Shown piece by piece: positions 13,278 to 28,157 of a DNA stretch of 64,000 nucleotides. The notes under the pieces were generated by a model that was given only the letters and a program-made list of their open reading frames with translations, made no database searches and was not told the origin of the DNA. The translations under genes were made by a program, and so were the position numbers. How positions within the stretch are numbered: position 1 is the first letter of the stretch; the number at the start of each line of letters is the position of its first letter. This DNA is from Octopus vulgaris (taxonomy: Eukaryota): the NCBI GenBank assembly GCA_951406725.2, contig OX597837.1:16616001-16680000 (forward strand), written 5' to 3'.

Positions 13278-13486
13278 CTGTCAAGAGTCCCAGAGGTGCA
13301 ACTGAGAGTAGCTGTATCAAACTCCATTCTTCACCAAGTGCCACATATTAGACGAGGTTCATCGTAATAACAGTGTAGCACAAAACGGCGGTGCATCAGC
13401 ATGGCCGCAGCTCTGAGCTGAAACTAGAAAATAAATATATATATATATATATATAATATATATTACATATATATATATATATATAT

Positions 13487-13583
<97 letters not shown>

Positions 13584-13769
13584 TAATATATATTATATAT
13601 ATATATATATATTTATTTTCTAGTTTCAGCTCAGAGCTGCGGCCATGCTGATGCACCGCCGTTTTGTGCTACACTGTTATTACGATGAACCTCGTCTAAT
13701 ATGTGGCACTTGGTGAAGAATGGAGTTTGATACAGCTACTCTCAGTTGCACCTCTGGGACTCTTGACAG
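13278..13769. repeat. Long inverted repeat (about 160-bp LINE-tail arms around a (TA)n core)
   Basis: 13278-13440 is the reverse complement of 13606-13769. Confidence 0.93.
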
Positions 13770-15143
13770 GAAGATGTCCAGCTTTGATTTAAAAACCGCC
13801 ACATCTACTTTGTTCAAGTTCCTCAGACTCTTTGGGAGGATATTAAATAACTGTGGGCCCTTGAAACCCAGGCTGTTGCAGAAGCTGGTCCTGAAGCGTG
13901 ATGGCATTGCTGGGATCTTTGGCACTATGCAATGTCGTCCCATTCTAGCATTGGTGTAGCTTTCAATGCCAAAATTTGGCACAATTCCTTCCAGGATCTT
14001 CTAGACATATATTACTGCATACCTCTTCCGTCTTCTCTCCAGGGAGTAGAGTCTTAGCTGTTTCAACCTTTCCCAGTAGCTGAGCTGTTGCAAAGAGACG
14101 ATCTTCTTTGTGAATCTTCTCTGGGTTGCTTCAAGGTCCGCTGTTAATCTTACACTGGTGGGTGACTATAGCTGTGAGCAGTAATTCAGGCGGCTGAGGA
14201 CGAATGTCCGCCAGAGGACCATCATGGTTTCCTTATCTCTGGTTCTGAATGTTCTTAGGATTCATCAAGGCAGTTGTCTGCACTTTGTCGCCATCCAGGT
14301 AATGTGCACTTGGAAAGAGGTATCATCACTCATGTCGATACCCAGGTCCCTCACAGACTTAGGCTCTGGGATTGAAATTCCCTGTGGACCGGTGTATCCT
14401 GTAAGTTTAATATTCAATTTTGGATGCTGGTAGCGCAGGGCCTGGAATTTTTCAGCATTAAACTGCATATTATTATCCTCAGCCTATCTGTAGATTGAGT
14501 CCAACTCCTGCTGCAGGTGTGCAACATCGCTGGGGTTCTGTATTTTCTGCGAGACTTTCGTATCGTCTGCATAGCTGGCCAGAGTGGCTATCCGGGCATT
14601 TGAGGGCATATCTGAGAGGGTCACTATAAAAAGCAGTGGTCCCAAGACAGTGCCCTGTGGAACACCGCTCACTATTTGCGTGTTCATAGAGGTGGCTCCA
14701 TTAACCACTACTGCCTGACTCCTATTTTTCAGGAAGTCATGTAACCACACTCCAAGTTTTCCAGCTATGCCGAGGTCACATAGTTTGTGGCATATCATAC
14801 TATGATCCACCTTGTCAAAAGCTTTTGCAAAATCAAGGTAGATTACGTCCACATTTGATTTGTTGAGTAACTGCCTCAACACCCAGTAAGAGCTGGGTCA
14901 GGCAGCTCCTACCTGGTCGAAAACCATGCTGGGTATTACTCAGCAAGTTATTTTCCTCAAGGAATGCGATTAGTTTCTTTCTGACTATCCGTTCCATGAC
15001 TTTGCTGATGTGTGAAGTCAGAGAGATAGGCCTATAGTTTTTGGCATCTGCTCTACTTCCCCCTTTATGTATTGGGCATATTATTCCCTCCTTCAGCTTG
15101 CTTGGCAGTTTGCCATTTGCAAGAAATCTCTGGAAAAGAATCT
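13612..15143 (-). mobile_element. CR1-like LINE, 5'-truncated, RT region to 3' end
   Basis: [58 protein letters not shown] and LYSLERRR, with frameshifts. Confidence 0.9.
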
Positions 15144-15270
<127 letters not shown>

Positions 15271-15599
15271 GTATATATATATGTATATATATATATTTGT
15301 GTGGTAAGTAGCTTGCTTACCAGCCACATGGTTCCAGGTTCAGTCCCACTGCATGGCATTTGGGCAAGTGTCTTCTACTATAGCCTCGGGTCAACCAAAG
15401 CCTTCTTAGTGGATTTGGTAGACAGAAACTGAAAGAAGCCCGTCGTATATATGTTTATGTGTATATATATATATGTTTGAAAACTAATTTCTGTGTGTCA
15501 ATGTGTCACATTTAGACCCCCTCTCTCACTATTCAATGACATTCCTACTATTCCTCATGATAGCGTGAGAGTAATAGAAGGCATAGAAACAGTGAGGGT

Positions 15600-15920
15600 G
15601 GTGGAAATTGTAGTTGTGATACCCATGCCAGTGGCATGTAAAATGCACCATCCGAACATGGTTGATGCCTTCGCCACCTTGACTGGCTTCCGTGCTGGTG
15701 GCATGTCAAAAGCACCAACCAATTGTGGCCGTTGCTAGACTCCTCTGGCATGTAAAAATCACCCACTACACTCACGGAGTGGTTGGCATTAGGAAGGGCA
15801 TTCAGTCAGATTGGAGCCTGGTGCAGCCTCCAGGATTCCCAGACCCCAGTCGAACCGTCCAACCCATGCTAGCATGGGAAACGGACGTTAAACGATGATG
15901 AGGATGATGATGATGATGAT
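15600..15920 (+). mobile_element. RTE LINE 3' UTR fragment
   Basis: UTR repeat units, ggttggcattaggaagggcat motif and (GAT)n tail. Confidence 0.8.
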
Positions 15921-15922
15921 AT

Positions 15923-15953
<31 letters not shown>

Positions 15954-15958
15954 ATCTC

Positions 15959-17085
<1,127 letters not shown>

Positions 17086-17224
17086 TATTATATATATATT
17101 ATATCATCATCATCATCATATATATATATATATATAATGTATATATATAATATATATATAAATATATATATAATGTATATATATATATATATATAATGTA
17201 TATATATAATATGTATATATATAA

Positions 17225-18082
17225 TTCTTTTTCTTTTTTTTTTTGAAAGTTTCAGCTCAGAGCTGCGGCCATGCTGATGCTCCGCCATTTTTCACTACAT
17301 TGTTATTACTAGGAGCCTCCTCTAATATGTGGTACTTGATGAAGAATGGAGTTTGATATAGCTACCCTCATTTGCACCTCTTGCCGTGAGGTAGGCTCAT
17401 CTGGGACTCTCGACAGGAAGAGGTCTAGCTTTGATTTAAAAGCCCCTACATCTACTTTGTGCAAGTTCATCAGACTCTTTGGGAGAATATTAAAAAGCTG
17501 TGGGCCCTTGAAACCCAGGCTGTTGCAGAAGCTGGTCCTGAAGGGTGATGGCATTGCTGGGATTTTGGCACCATGTAGTGTCGTCCCGTTCTGGCATTGG
17601 TGTAGCTTCCAATGCCAAAATTTGGCTCAATTCCTTCCAGGATCTTCCAGACATATATTACTGCATACCTCTTCCGTCTTCTCTCCAGGGAGTAGAGTCT
17701 TAGCTGTTTCAACCTTTCCCAGTAGCTGAGCTGTTGCAAAGAGACGATCTTCTTTGTGAATCTTCTCTGGGTTGCTTCAAGGTCCGCTGTTAATCTTACA
17801 CTAGTGGGTGACTATAGCTGTGAGCAGTAATCCAGGCGGCTGAGGACGAATGTCTGCCAGAGGACCATCATGGTTTCCTTATCTCTGGTTCTGAATGTTC
17901 TTAGGATTCATCAAGGCAGTTGTCTGCACTTTGTCGCCATCCAGGTAATGTGCACTTGCAATACCCAGGTCCCTCACAGACTTAGGCTCTGGGATTGAAA
18001 TTCCCTGTGTACCTGTGTACTCTGTAGGTTTAATATTCAGTTTTGGATGCTGGTAGCACAGGGCCTGGAATTTTTCAGCATT
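17225..18082 (-). mobile_element. CR1-like LINE 3' fragment, second copy
   Basis: Near-identical to 13612-14460; reads LSYWERLKQLRLYSLERRRKRY. Confidence 0.9.
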
Positions 18083-18093
18083 ATATATACATA

Positions 18094-18136
<43 letters not shown>

Positions 18137-18162
18137 GTATATATATATAATGTATATATATA

Positions 18163-18215
<53 letters not shown>

Positions 18216-18231
18216 GTATATATATATAATG

Positions 18232-18296
<65 letters not shown>

Positions 18297-18699
18297 ATGT
18301 ATATATATATATAATGTATGGTTTAACACGCAATTAAATTGACATTAAAATTGGCTGCATGATTTTAGTCATGTCGTTTTGTGTTTTGAATTCAAATCCT
18401 GTAAAACTAGGCTCTGTCTTGACAACAACAACCCAAATTATACATCTCTGTGAATTTAATCAGAAAAACTACTCTGTTCTGGAATATTTTTCCAACACAA
18501 TCTAACACTCTACACAGTAATAAGTTTTTGAATCTGACAATATTCTTGCATTGCCAAGAAACGTAACAGAACTTGTAGAATGTTACTGAATAAGCTTAAT
18601 TACTCTGTAAAATGAAAAAAAATTAGACAGCTTTTGCCAATGTGGAAACTTTAATAATGCCTTTGTATTTTGGACTCAAAATCCCATTTACAGAAGACA

Positions 18700-19120
18700 A
18701 GAAAAAATTGAAATCGATTAACATCAATGGAAATTGCAGCTGTGATACCAGTGCCGGTGGTACGTAAGAGAACCATCTGAATGTGGCTGTTGCCAGCACT
18801 GCCCTTACTGGCCTCGTGCCGGTGGCACATAAAAAGCACCATCCGATCGTGGCCGTTGCCAGCCTCACCTGGCACCTGTGCTGGTGGCATGTAAAAAGCA
18901 CCCACTACACTCACGGAGTGTTTGGCGTTAGGAAGGGCATCCAGCCATAGAAACATTGCCAGATCACTGGGCCTGGTGCAGCCTTCTGGCTTCCCAGACC
19001 CCAGTTGAACCGTCCAACCCATGCTAGCATGGAAAGCGGACGCTAAACGATGATGAAGATGATATATAATATATATATATATACATATATATATATGTAT
19101 ATATATATATATGTGTGTAA

Positions 19121-19152
<32 letters not shown>

Positions 19153-19805
19153 TGGACATACGAAGCATCAAATGTGGTGTGCAAGAGAGGCAAATGCGCT
19201 GGTATGACCATGTGTTATGTATAAATGAAGACTGCTGAGTGAGGAAGTGCCACTCCCTAACTGTAAAAGGAACTTGTGAAAGAGGTAGACCCAGGAAGAC
19301 ATGAGATGAGGTGGTGAAGCATGAACTTTGAACATTGGGCCTCACAAGGGCTTTGACAGGAGACTGAGACCTTTGGAGATATGCTGTTATTGAGAAGACC
19401 CGGCAACTAAAGTGAGATGGCAGCCATGCACATCCAGCCCTGTTAAGAATACCCCTGATGCACTGAAAGTCACTTTCCTTTTCTCTGTTTTCCTAAACCA
19501 CGTGCTTGTCACACACAACTCCTTCTAATCACAAAACACGATATGATATGCTTGAGAAGACCTATTGAGTCAAGTAAAACCAATGTCGTAACTGGGGCCG
19601 CTGCCCCTTGACTGGCTCCAGTGCCGGTGGCATGTAAAAGAGCACCCACTACACTCTTGGAGTGGTTGGCATTAGGAAGGGTATCCAGCTGTAGAAACTC
19701 TGCCAGACCAGATTGGAGCCTGGTGCAGCTGCTGGCTCTCCAGACCTCAGTCAAACTGTCCAACCCATGCCAGCATGCAAAACGGACATTAATCTATGAT
19801 GATGA

Positions 19806-19808
<3 letters not shown>
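18700..19808 (+). mobile_element. Two adjacent RTE 3' fragments (about 18700-19055 and 19152-19808)
   Basis: MRWYDHVL and GRPRKT relics, UTR repeat units and (GAT)n tails. Confidence 0.8.
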
Positions 19809-19882
<74 letters not shown>

Positions 19883-20231
19883 TGTATGTATGTATGTATG
19901 TATGTATACAAACAAGATAAAGAATAAGAGAAGCAATATATTTCATTTACAATGTTTTGTTTCCATCTAATGACAAGCAATTCTTAATCTTTATCCTAGC
20001 TGGAAGGGCATTATTAGGTCTTAAGAAGAAATATTATGAAGTAAACAGACTTAAGAAAATAAAGGTGTAAAACAACAATAAAACAAAAATAAAACAACTA
20101 TATCATTGTATAGAAAGAGGAGCATTATATAATAGTGAAATACACTTGCCTCACACACACACCTATACTTACATATACACACAGGCACAGACATATGCAT
20201 ATATATATTCATATATTTAAACACCTGTCAG

Positions 20232-20262
<31 letters not shown>

Positions 20263-20269
20263 GTGTGTA

Positions 20270-20336
<67 letters not shown>

Positions 20337-20383
20337 GTGTGTGTGTGTGTTTGTGTGTGTATATACATACATATATATATATG

Positions 20384-20429
<46 letters not shown>

Positions 20430-20458
20430 CATATATAAATATATATATACATATATAA

Positions 20459-20503
<45 letters not shown>

Positions 20504-20620
20504 CATGCACATACACATGGAACATGCATACATACATGCACACAGACATACACACATACATACACACACACACTCGCACATACACTCGTGCACATGCACA
20601 CACACATGCACATACATACA
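19809..20620. repeat. Compound (TA)/(TATG)/(TG)/(CA) microsatellite region
   Basis: Directly visible, with a short unique segment inside. Confidence 0.85.
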
Positions 20621-21698
20621 ACATTTTAGTTACAACAGATGAACAATTACATTATATCTGACATCTTATGTTCAGGTGTTACTTCCTCAAAATTATCATT
20701 CTCCCCTTCTGGGCTCAGCTTAACCTCAAATATTAAATAATCTGCTTGCTATAGTTGTTGTTTAGCTCTAGGTCAACCTCAGCTTAGCAAACCTATAATA
20801 AAGATTGTTCTGTTCATCCACATCCTGCCTTTTTCCACTAGATATCTAGGGCTACATTATCGAATGTATCTTTTAAGATGTTTAGTTTTAGATTTCAGGC
20901 AGATTTGGCTGTTATTTCTAATAGGTCAAATGACTGCACAAAGGATCCTTGATTGGCTCTTGAAAAGTAAAAAAAGTGTTTTTTTTTAATTTTTCACTTA
21001 TTGAGTCGGATGGAAGAGGTATTGCTTATGATCTTTGTAGGTTCTCTGAACCCATTGTGACTAATGCCATTAATGTTTTGTTTAAACTGTTGTGGATTAA
21101 CAATCCCACCACAAGGTCCTGTCCTTGTTGCAGTGTGGTAGCTTATATGCTTCAATGACCCTGAGAGTTGTGCTCAATGGGTCAAAGGGTAGAGGTCAGA
21201 CTAATGTGGACCACATCTTTCCAGAATTAAAAAGGTGTCAAGAACATCCCTACTAGAAAAATAGCAAAGCTATAAAAGCATTGATGACAATTCAAAGCCA
21301 ACAAGATTCAAGAGAGGAAGGGCTTCCTTGAGGGAAATATAAGATATAGTGCAGCGAAAGCTGAAAGCATGTCATAAAAACAGCTTAATATGAGACACTG
21401 GAAAAGAACTGGAGAGAAGCAGGAATTTAACTGGAGAGAAGCAGGAAAGACAACCTAGGGTCAAGAATAGTGGAGAAAGATCATTGGTAGCCTATAAGGA
21501 GTGAAGGGCTTAAGGAAATAAAATAAGATTAATAGAAAAACATAAGGTGGGAAATTACTCCAGAGGACCAATCTTTTGTAAAAAGGGGGACCAGGCTTAA
21601 AGGGTAGTGCAGAATGGAGGGGCTTGGATATACCATGAGTCAGGATGTTTATCTTCCATAAAGTGTGGTGGTGGTAGAAAGAGGAAGAAAAACAATGA

Positions 21699-21755
<57 letters not shown>

Positions 21756-22189
21756 GAGATCTGAAGAGCATAAAATGTAAATAACAAAAATTCATATTAT
21801 ATATATTTAATATACATATTGTATACATTTATACATTTATACATGTTACATACTTGTATACATGTTTCAGACATGTACATGTATTGTATACATGTTATAT
21901 TTTGTGTATATGTTGTTCATATGTTAATATATCATGTTTGTTGCTCAACAGCTTGTCTTTTCAATTTGCCTTCTATTCTGAAATTTCTCCACTGTTCTAG
22001 AATTCTGTTATTCACTGTAATTTAACAAAGATATCTAACATCATCTCATAGGCACAAACTTCTGTGGTGGTGGGGAGGAGTAGTTGATTATATTACCCAC
22101 CCCACAGAAGACTAAGTGGTAAGTCAGCCATAGCATAATTTAAACTAAGAATGTAAGCATACTAATAAGTATCAAAATATATACTCATC

Positions 22190-22610
22190 TGGGCACAAGT
22201 GTGGCTGAGTGGCAAGAAGTTTGCTTCCCAACCACATGGTTCTGGGTTCAGTCCCCTGGTGTGGCAACTTACGTAGGTGTCTTCTATTATAGCTCCAGAC
22301 CAACCAAAGCCTTGTGAATGAATTTGGTTGATGAAAACTGAAAGAAGCCCCTTGTATATGAATATATTTATGTGCGTGTGTGTGCTTTTGTATTTATATT
22401 TGTCTGCCACCACCAAACCACCACTTGACAATCAGTGTTGCTTCGTTTACATCCCTGTAACTTGGTGGTTTAACAAAAATGACTGATAGAATAAGTACCA
22501 GGATCCAAAGAATAAGTGCTACGGTTGATTTGTTCAACTATACCCTCCAAAATGATGCCCCAACAAGGCTACAGTCTAATGACTGAAACAAGTAAAAGAT
22601 AGAATATAAA
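22190..22610 (+). mobile_element. CORE-type SINE, full length
   Basis: Same head, body and tail as the 7494 copy. Confidence 0.8.
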
Positions 22611-22710
22611 AGATTAGAGATAATAATTCAATTGAAGTTTAGGAAAATAAGGAAAAAAAACAATTATTTTTCTTTTTGCTGTTTCTTTCAGAAAATCTTT
22701 TATTGTGAAA

Positions 22711-25700
22711 ATGGGGCAGAATTTATCAACACTTCAGATAGTCCCTGTTCAGCCTGCTGGAAGAAGAAGGCATCCCATTTCAAGACAATATCATATTCCA
22801 CATCAAATCCACAGCTTTCTGGTACCAGAAAACAAAGTTTTGCCTAAAGAAATTACTCACCGCAAACTTCGTCCAGTTTCTGTGCAGCTTGCAGCAAAAA
22901 ATTCTGATTTTGCATCAATCTGGGGAAATCCGGTCACGGTACTTGATGAACAAATTCGTTCAAGAATCGAAGGTTTGCAAAAAAGCTCTCCTGAAAATCA
23001 CACTAAAAGTTTGGCAAACAAAACAAGGAATGAAATAATTAACCATTCTCCCTTAGGCGAGCAGGATTGCAGTGGAGAGTCTTTATTAAATGCAAATGAA
23101 ACAAATGATAATCAAAATATTAGTAAAAAAGAAATATTACCAGAAAATAAGAAGAAAAGAGAGACAGAAATTGATAATTTCAAAGAAGGGAATAACTTTC
23201 AATTACTTCAACCAATGAATCCATTTGAAAAATCCAGAACACAAACAAAGAGCTCAGAAATCATGCCATCAGAGCAACAAACGAAATATTTACCTTCAAA
23301 TGAAATTCCAAATCCTTTGCTACATTCAGATTATCAGACCAAGATATCAGTCTTTTATTCTACAGCTAACAATGTGAATAACCTGAAAAACAAGGCACCG
23401 ATTGCTTCTTTGCCACAAAAGTGCAGTTTCCCAGTAGACCAATGTTATTCTCTTACATATGCACAGATGGCTGAAATTCGCCGACAGAAATATTCCAACA
23501 TGCCTACACATGAGAATAATTCTATTTCTTCAAATCTTCAGCCTCAAACAAAACCATTGAGTGTATTAGGTTCTGAAAGTAATAATTGCAACAGGAATCG
23601 TCGAAAGAAACGTCAGGCTCCTCTCCCACCTCCACATGCAAATAAGTTTATTGTTCAACCAGAGAACTCACTGTTTACACCTGACACAGGAACCTGTGAC
23701 AATAGTCAAAATGTCTCTTCAAAGTCTTCATGCCAGGTTATCCCCTTTACAGCTAAAACTAATCATGAAAAGTATACTTTTCAAACACAAAATCTTGGAA
23801 TATCAAATCCATCAATGATATCTCAATTTAGCTGTAAACCCAGTGTAGAAGTTAGATCTGAAACTAACAATTTCCAGTCAACAGAAAAAAAATTAGATCA
23901 AAGCTTTTCTGAGACCAGAATTATTTCTGATAATGTTATTTTAATGAAACAAACACAAAGTAACTTTCATGAAAACTTGACTGACATGGACTCATCTGCT
24001 GATTGCTGTTTAAGTAAAACAAATCAACACACTAACCAACAGAATTGGCAGAAAGAACTTAACTGTAAGGTTTCTAATGAGTTTAAATCCTCACCAGGTT
24101 TGACCAGGAGTGATTCCCACACTAGGTACATCAATTTCAGTTTCTCAAACCAAGAAAATCAACATGAGAATCACAGAAAGTCCCTACAGTCAGATAATGT
24201 TTACAATGTTCAACCATACTCAAGGCCCTATGTTCTGACCCCATCAGGTACCATGCTGACCTCTTGTCCAGTGGTCATAAATGATTCTTCCCAAACCAAT
24301 CATGTTAGTAGAACAAATGCACAGAGTAAGGCTGAACTTCAGTTTTCTGAAAAAACTAAAAAAAAACAATATTTTTCTCCGTGGAACAATAATTGCAATC
24401 TTCCTTCAACCAATCAGAGTTACTCTTCAAATAATCTACAGGGGAATGGTGATTCTTCGACAGTAAGTGAGACTTCAGATAAAACAGACCCTTCAAATTT
24501 AAAACTTTCTACATCAACATGCCATACAACTCCAAAATATTTTTCATCCAAAAGTGACCTGACTAATACAACAAATTCTATGGTGTCTTCTGAACTTGAT
24601 AGTGATACCTATCAAAGATATGGATCATTGGTGTCTTCAGCTTCTTTGGATTGGTCAAAAGGCTTTAGTCCAGCCACTGCAGAAGAAATGAAAATGTCAC
24701 GGACTTCGGAATATACACAAAATGTTTGTTCCGCTATACCTTGCAATCAACAAACAAGTGAGACAAAGACAAACAGGGAGGTAGGTCCAGATCACCACAA
24801 TGTTCTTTCCTTTCCAAAGGTAGATGTTGGTAATAGTGCTCAGAGATATCAAGAAACTAGACAAATGGAATTTCCATTTGCCCCTGAACTGAACCAAACG
24901 TTCACAGAAAGAGATAGTTACATGAGAGAGAATTGGCAGTTGAGAGAACCATTACAAACAGTCAATTCTCTTGTTGAAACTAATGCTATAGAATTCTCAA
25001 AGCCTAAATCAGCAGCTCCACCACCACCTCCTCCTCCTCCCCCTCCACCACCACCACCACCACCACCACCACCACCACCACCGCCACCATCATTAGGCAG
25101 AACATTAAATTACTGTCCCCCTCTTCAAAGAGAATTCATAGACCAAAGTGGGCAAAATTCCCTCCCTAGCAGCATTTCTAAGACAACCATTTCATCCAAC
25201 ATTATGAAAGGACTGGAAACAATCTTCAAAGAAGACATCATAGAAGCTCGGAATAGCTTAAGATCAATGAAAAAGCAAGAGAACTCTGATTCTGTAAAAC
25301 CTATGAAAAAAGATCTTCATGATGCCTTCTATTATGAACTAACACAGACATGTTTGACCAGGCAAAAAAGATGGCAGGAGGAAAACTTTAGCAAATTACC
25401 AAATGGCAAAAACCAAATTTTGGGTAATGTTGTGGATAGAACCAAAAAACATTCGGAAGATTTACTGAATAAAAATGCAGTAGAAAAATTTAATAAATTA
25501 TCTCCAAACAATTCCTTCAACTCAAATTCTTCAGAAAATCTTAAAATCAATGGAGACTTTAAAAATCACATATCTTTAAACCAACCCAAGCAGCCTAATT
25601 TGAAAAGTGAAAATCAGAAAGGAACTGACTCTACAAGATCAACAAATGACTGGACTCCAATGCAAGATCTTGAAGATTCAGAAAATTCTGATACAGAGAG

Positions 25701-27149
25701 TTCTGTGAAAAATTCTCAAAGAAAAAACACAACTGGTTTTAAATATAGTCTTATTCCTGAAAATATAAAATATCTAAATAACACAAAGGAATTTTATAGC
25801 AAAAACTGTCCCAAACCAGAATACGATGTCACAAAGAATTCTTTCACTTGGAAGAATGAACAAAGCTTCATTAAGTCAAATTCAAATAAATCCAAAAATG
25901 GTAAAGAAACCAACCCTAAAACATGTGAAGTATCTGAAAATATTGGTTGGGATAAATCTAGTGGAATCAAAAGTAATTCAAAATATAAAAATGGAAGAGA
26001 CTTTGATTATTTGGAAAAGAAAACTGGTAAAATGTCAGAGCAACATCATTTAGGCAGAGTTAAGCATGAGGGAGAGAAAGGAAAAGAAAATGAAAATGGA
26101 TGTCAAAGAGGATGGAATGTTTGGAAAAAGCAGAAGAAATTTCCCAAAGAATCTTCTGTAAATACGAATGAAAAACAGCAACTTAAGGTGACAGAATCAC
26201 AAATTAACCAAAAGGAAGAAGAAATGGAAAGAGAAAGACTCAATCAAATGGAAATAGAATCTGAATTTCTGAAGAAACGGTCAAATCAGAGATTGGTAGT
26301 GGGTAGAGATTGGAGGAATAGATTAACAAAAATTACTAAACAGTCATTAGAAGGAATGTATGATTTGGAAGAGAAAAGAAAGAACTACACTAATAATGAT
26401 CAAAAAGAAGCTGAGTTCAATGAAGACATTACAAAATGCAATCAGAACACATGGAAAGAGAACGAGAAAGTAAATTGTAAGAATGAAGTGAACTTTAATA
26501 AAACAAGAGCTCAGCTTCAGGAGAACTCAACTTCATCGAATGGGATGGCACAGAATCACACTCAATACAGCGAATCTGTAGTTTCTAACAATGAGGGGCT
26601 AACAAATGATATTCTTTTGAAACCCAAAATTGAAAAACAGAATGCAAGCATTTATTTCCCAAATTCTTTAGCACCAAATTATATCCCAAATCCATTTTTG
26701 GGTATATCATCCAACTATTTTGGTACCTCCTATCTCAATGAATATCTGAAGTTAGTTGGTATTGGGCAACCATTTCTACCAATGAACCTTACATACCATA
26801 ATATTCCTGGATATTTAGGAACTAGTTACAACATGATGCCACAGACAACTGATATATATGCAGGAACAAATTTCACAAATCCTTTGCCATTTTTACCTTC
26901 AGTCTTCAATAATTTCTCAGCTATGAGTGAGTCAAAATCAAAAGATGTACAGAACCCAGTCTACACAAGTGATAGTGATGATGCTGATTCATTGTACCAA
27001 TCTCCAGGAACCTACACAGACCAAATGAGTAACTGGAGTTCAGACAATAGCAAGAGTATCCAAACAGAAGATCTAGACAATTCTGACAGTACGCAGTCTT
27101 CTGATGTTTACATGTTTCAAGCAAATAAAGAACAAGACGAGGATTTTGA
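22711..27149 (+). CDS. Large coding exon of an uncharacterised, largely disordered S/N/K-rich protein with polyproline (possible actin-cytoskeleton scaffold)
   Basis: Uninterrupted ORF of about 1480 codons in a repeat-riddled region; polypyrimidine acceptor ttctttcag ends at 22691; ATG 22711 in good Kozak context (aaaATGg); donor GA|GTAAGT at 27149/27150. Confidence 0.85.
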
Positions 27150-27264
27150 GTAAGTAGATTTAAATTGTTTTAGGAGCGTTGGGTCAAGTGAGGTGGAAAG
27201 TATAGGCGAAAGTAAAAACACTAGACAAAATTTCAGTAGGAGTCAGTCCAAATTAATTTCTTTA

Positions 27265-27300
<36 letters not shown>

Positions 27301-27769
27301 GGTGGGGGTTCGTTTCTTAGACTCAAGGCAATTCTGATGAAATAAACTTAAAATCAGAAGCATTCAAGCTAGGATAATCCCGTCTATTTGGGGATTATCT
27401 AATATTACATTATCCAGTATATCCTTTGTAGTTTTAGGGTGTCATTTAATGAAAATGTGTCTCCTATTTTTAGCAGTTTGAGCTACAACATACAAGGTCT
27501 TTCATTGGTCTGACTACCATTTAGAAATGGTTATAACTCGGAGAAAAAAATGGAAAGCAGCTTCATTTTAGCCACTGGTTTTTTAAAATAAACCCTTTAA
27601 TTGAATGACAAGAATATAATGATGATTAAACATTAATTATTTCTACTTATTTAATCAAGATTCAAATTATATATGAATAGAATAAAGGCTTTTTTATTCC
27701 TTTTAAATGATGCAATCTTAAACATGAAGATTTTCAATTGGTTTGATGCAGCTACAGATAAAATCAATA

Positions 27770-27888
27770 TCTGTAAAAAGTTTACTTTCCAACCACATGG
27801 TTCTGGGCAAGTGTCTTCTGCTACAGCTCTGGCATGACCAAAGCATTATAAATGGATGGAATCTAAAAGAAGCTCGTTTTTTTGTATA

Positions 27889-27921
<33 letters not shown>

Positions 27922-28157
27922 TACTTTATCCTTGCCTTGACATTACATGATAGATATAAATGATTATTACCATCATGCAAATGGTGTCCTCCCTTTCCAA
28001 TCTTCCATAAAAGCATGCCTTGTCATGGGAAAATATTACTTTACTTGGTAATAAGTGAGAGTTGATGACAGGAAGCACATCCAGCCATGGAAAATCCACT
28101 TCAACAAATTCCATCTGACCTATGTGAACATTAAAACAATGATGGTGATGATGATGT
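27770..28157 (+). mobile_element. SINE with the tRNA/CORE head but an RTE-type tail
   Basis: Head aaccacatggttctgggcaagtgtcttc, (TG)n, a different body, then gacaggaagcacatccagcc and a (GAT)n end; related body at 5745-5980. Confidence 0.65.

Noticed and set aside
22705-27153. Formin or WASP assignment based on the polyproline run
   Set aside because: No FH2, WH1 or CRIB domain is visible; polyproline alone is not diagnostic.
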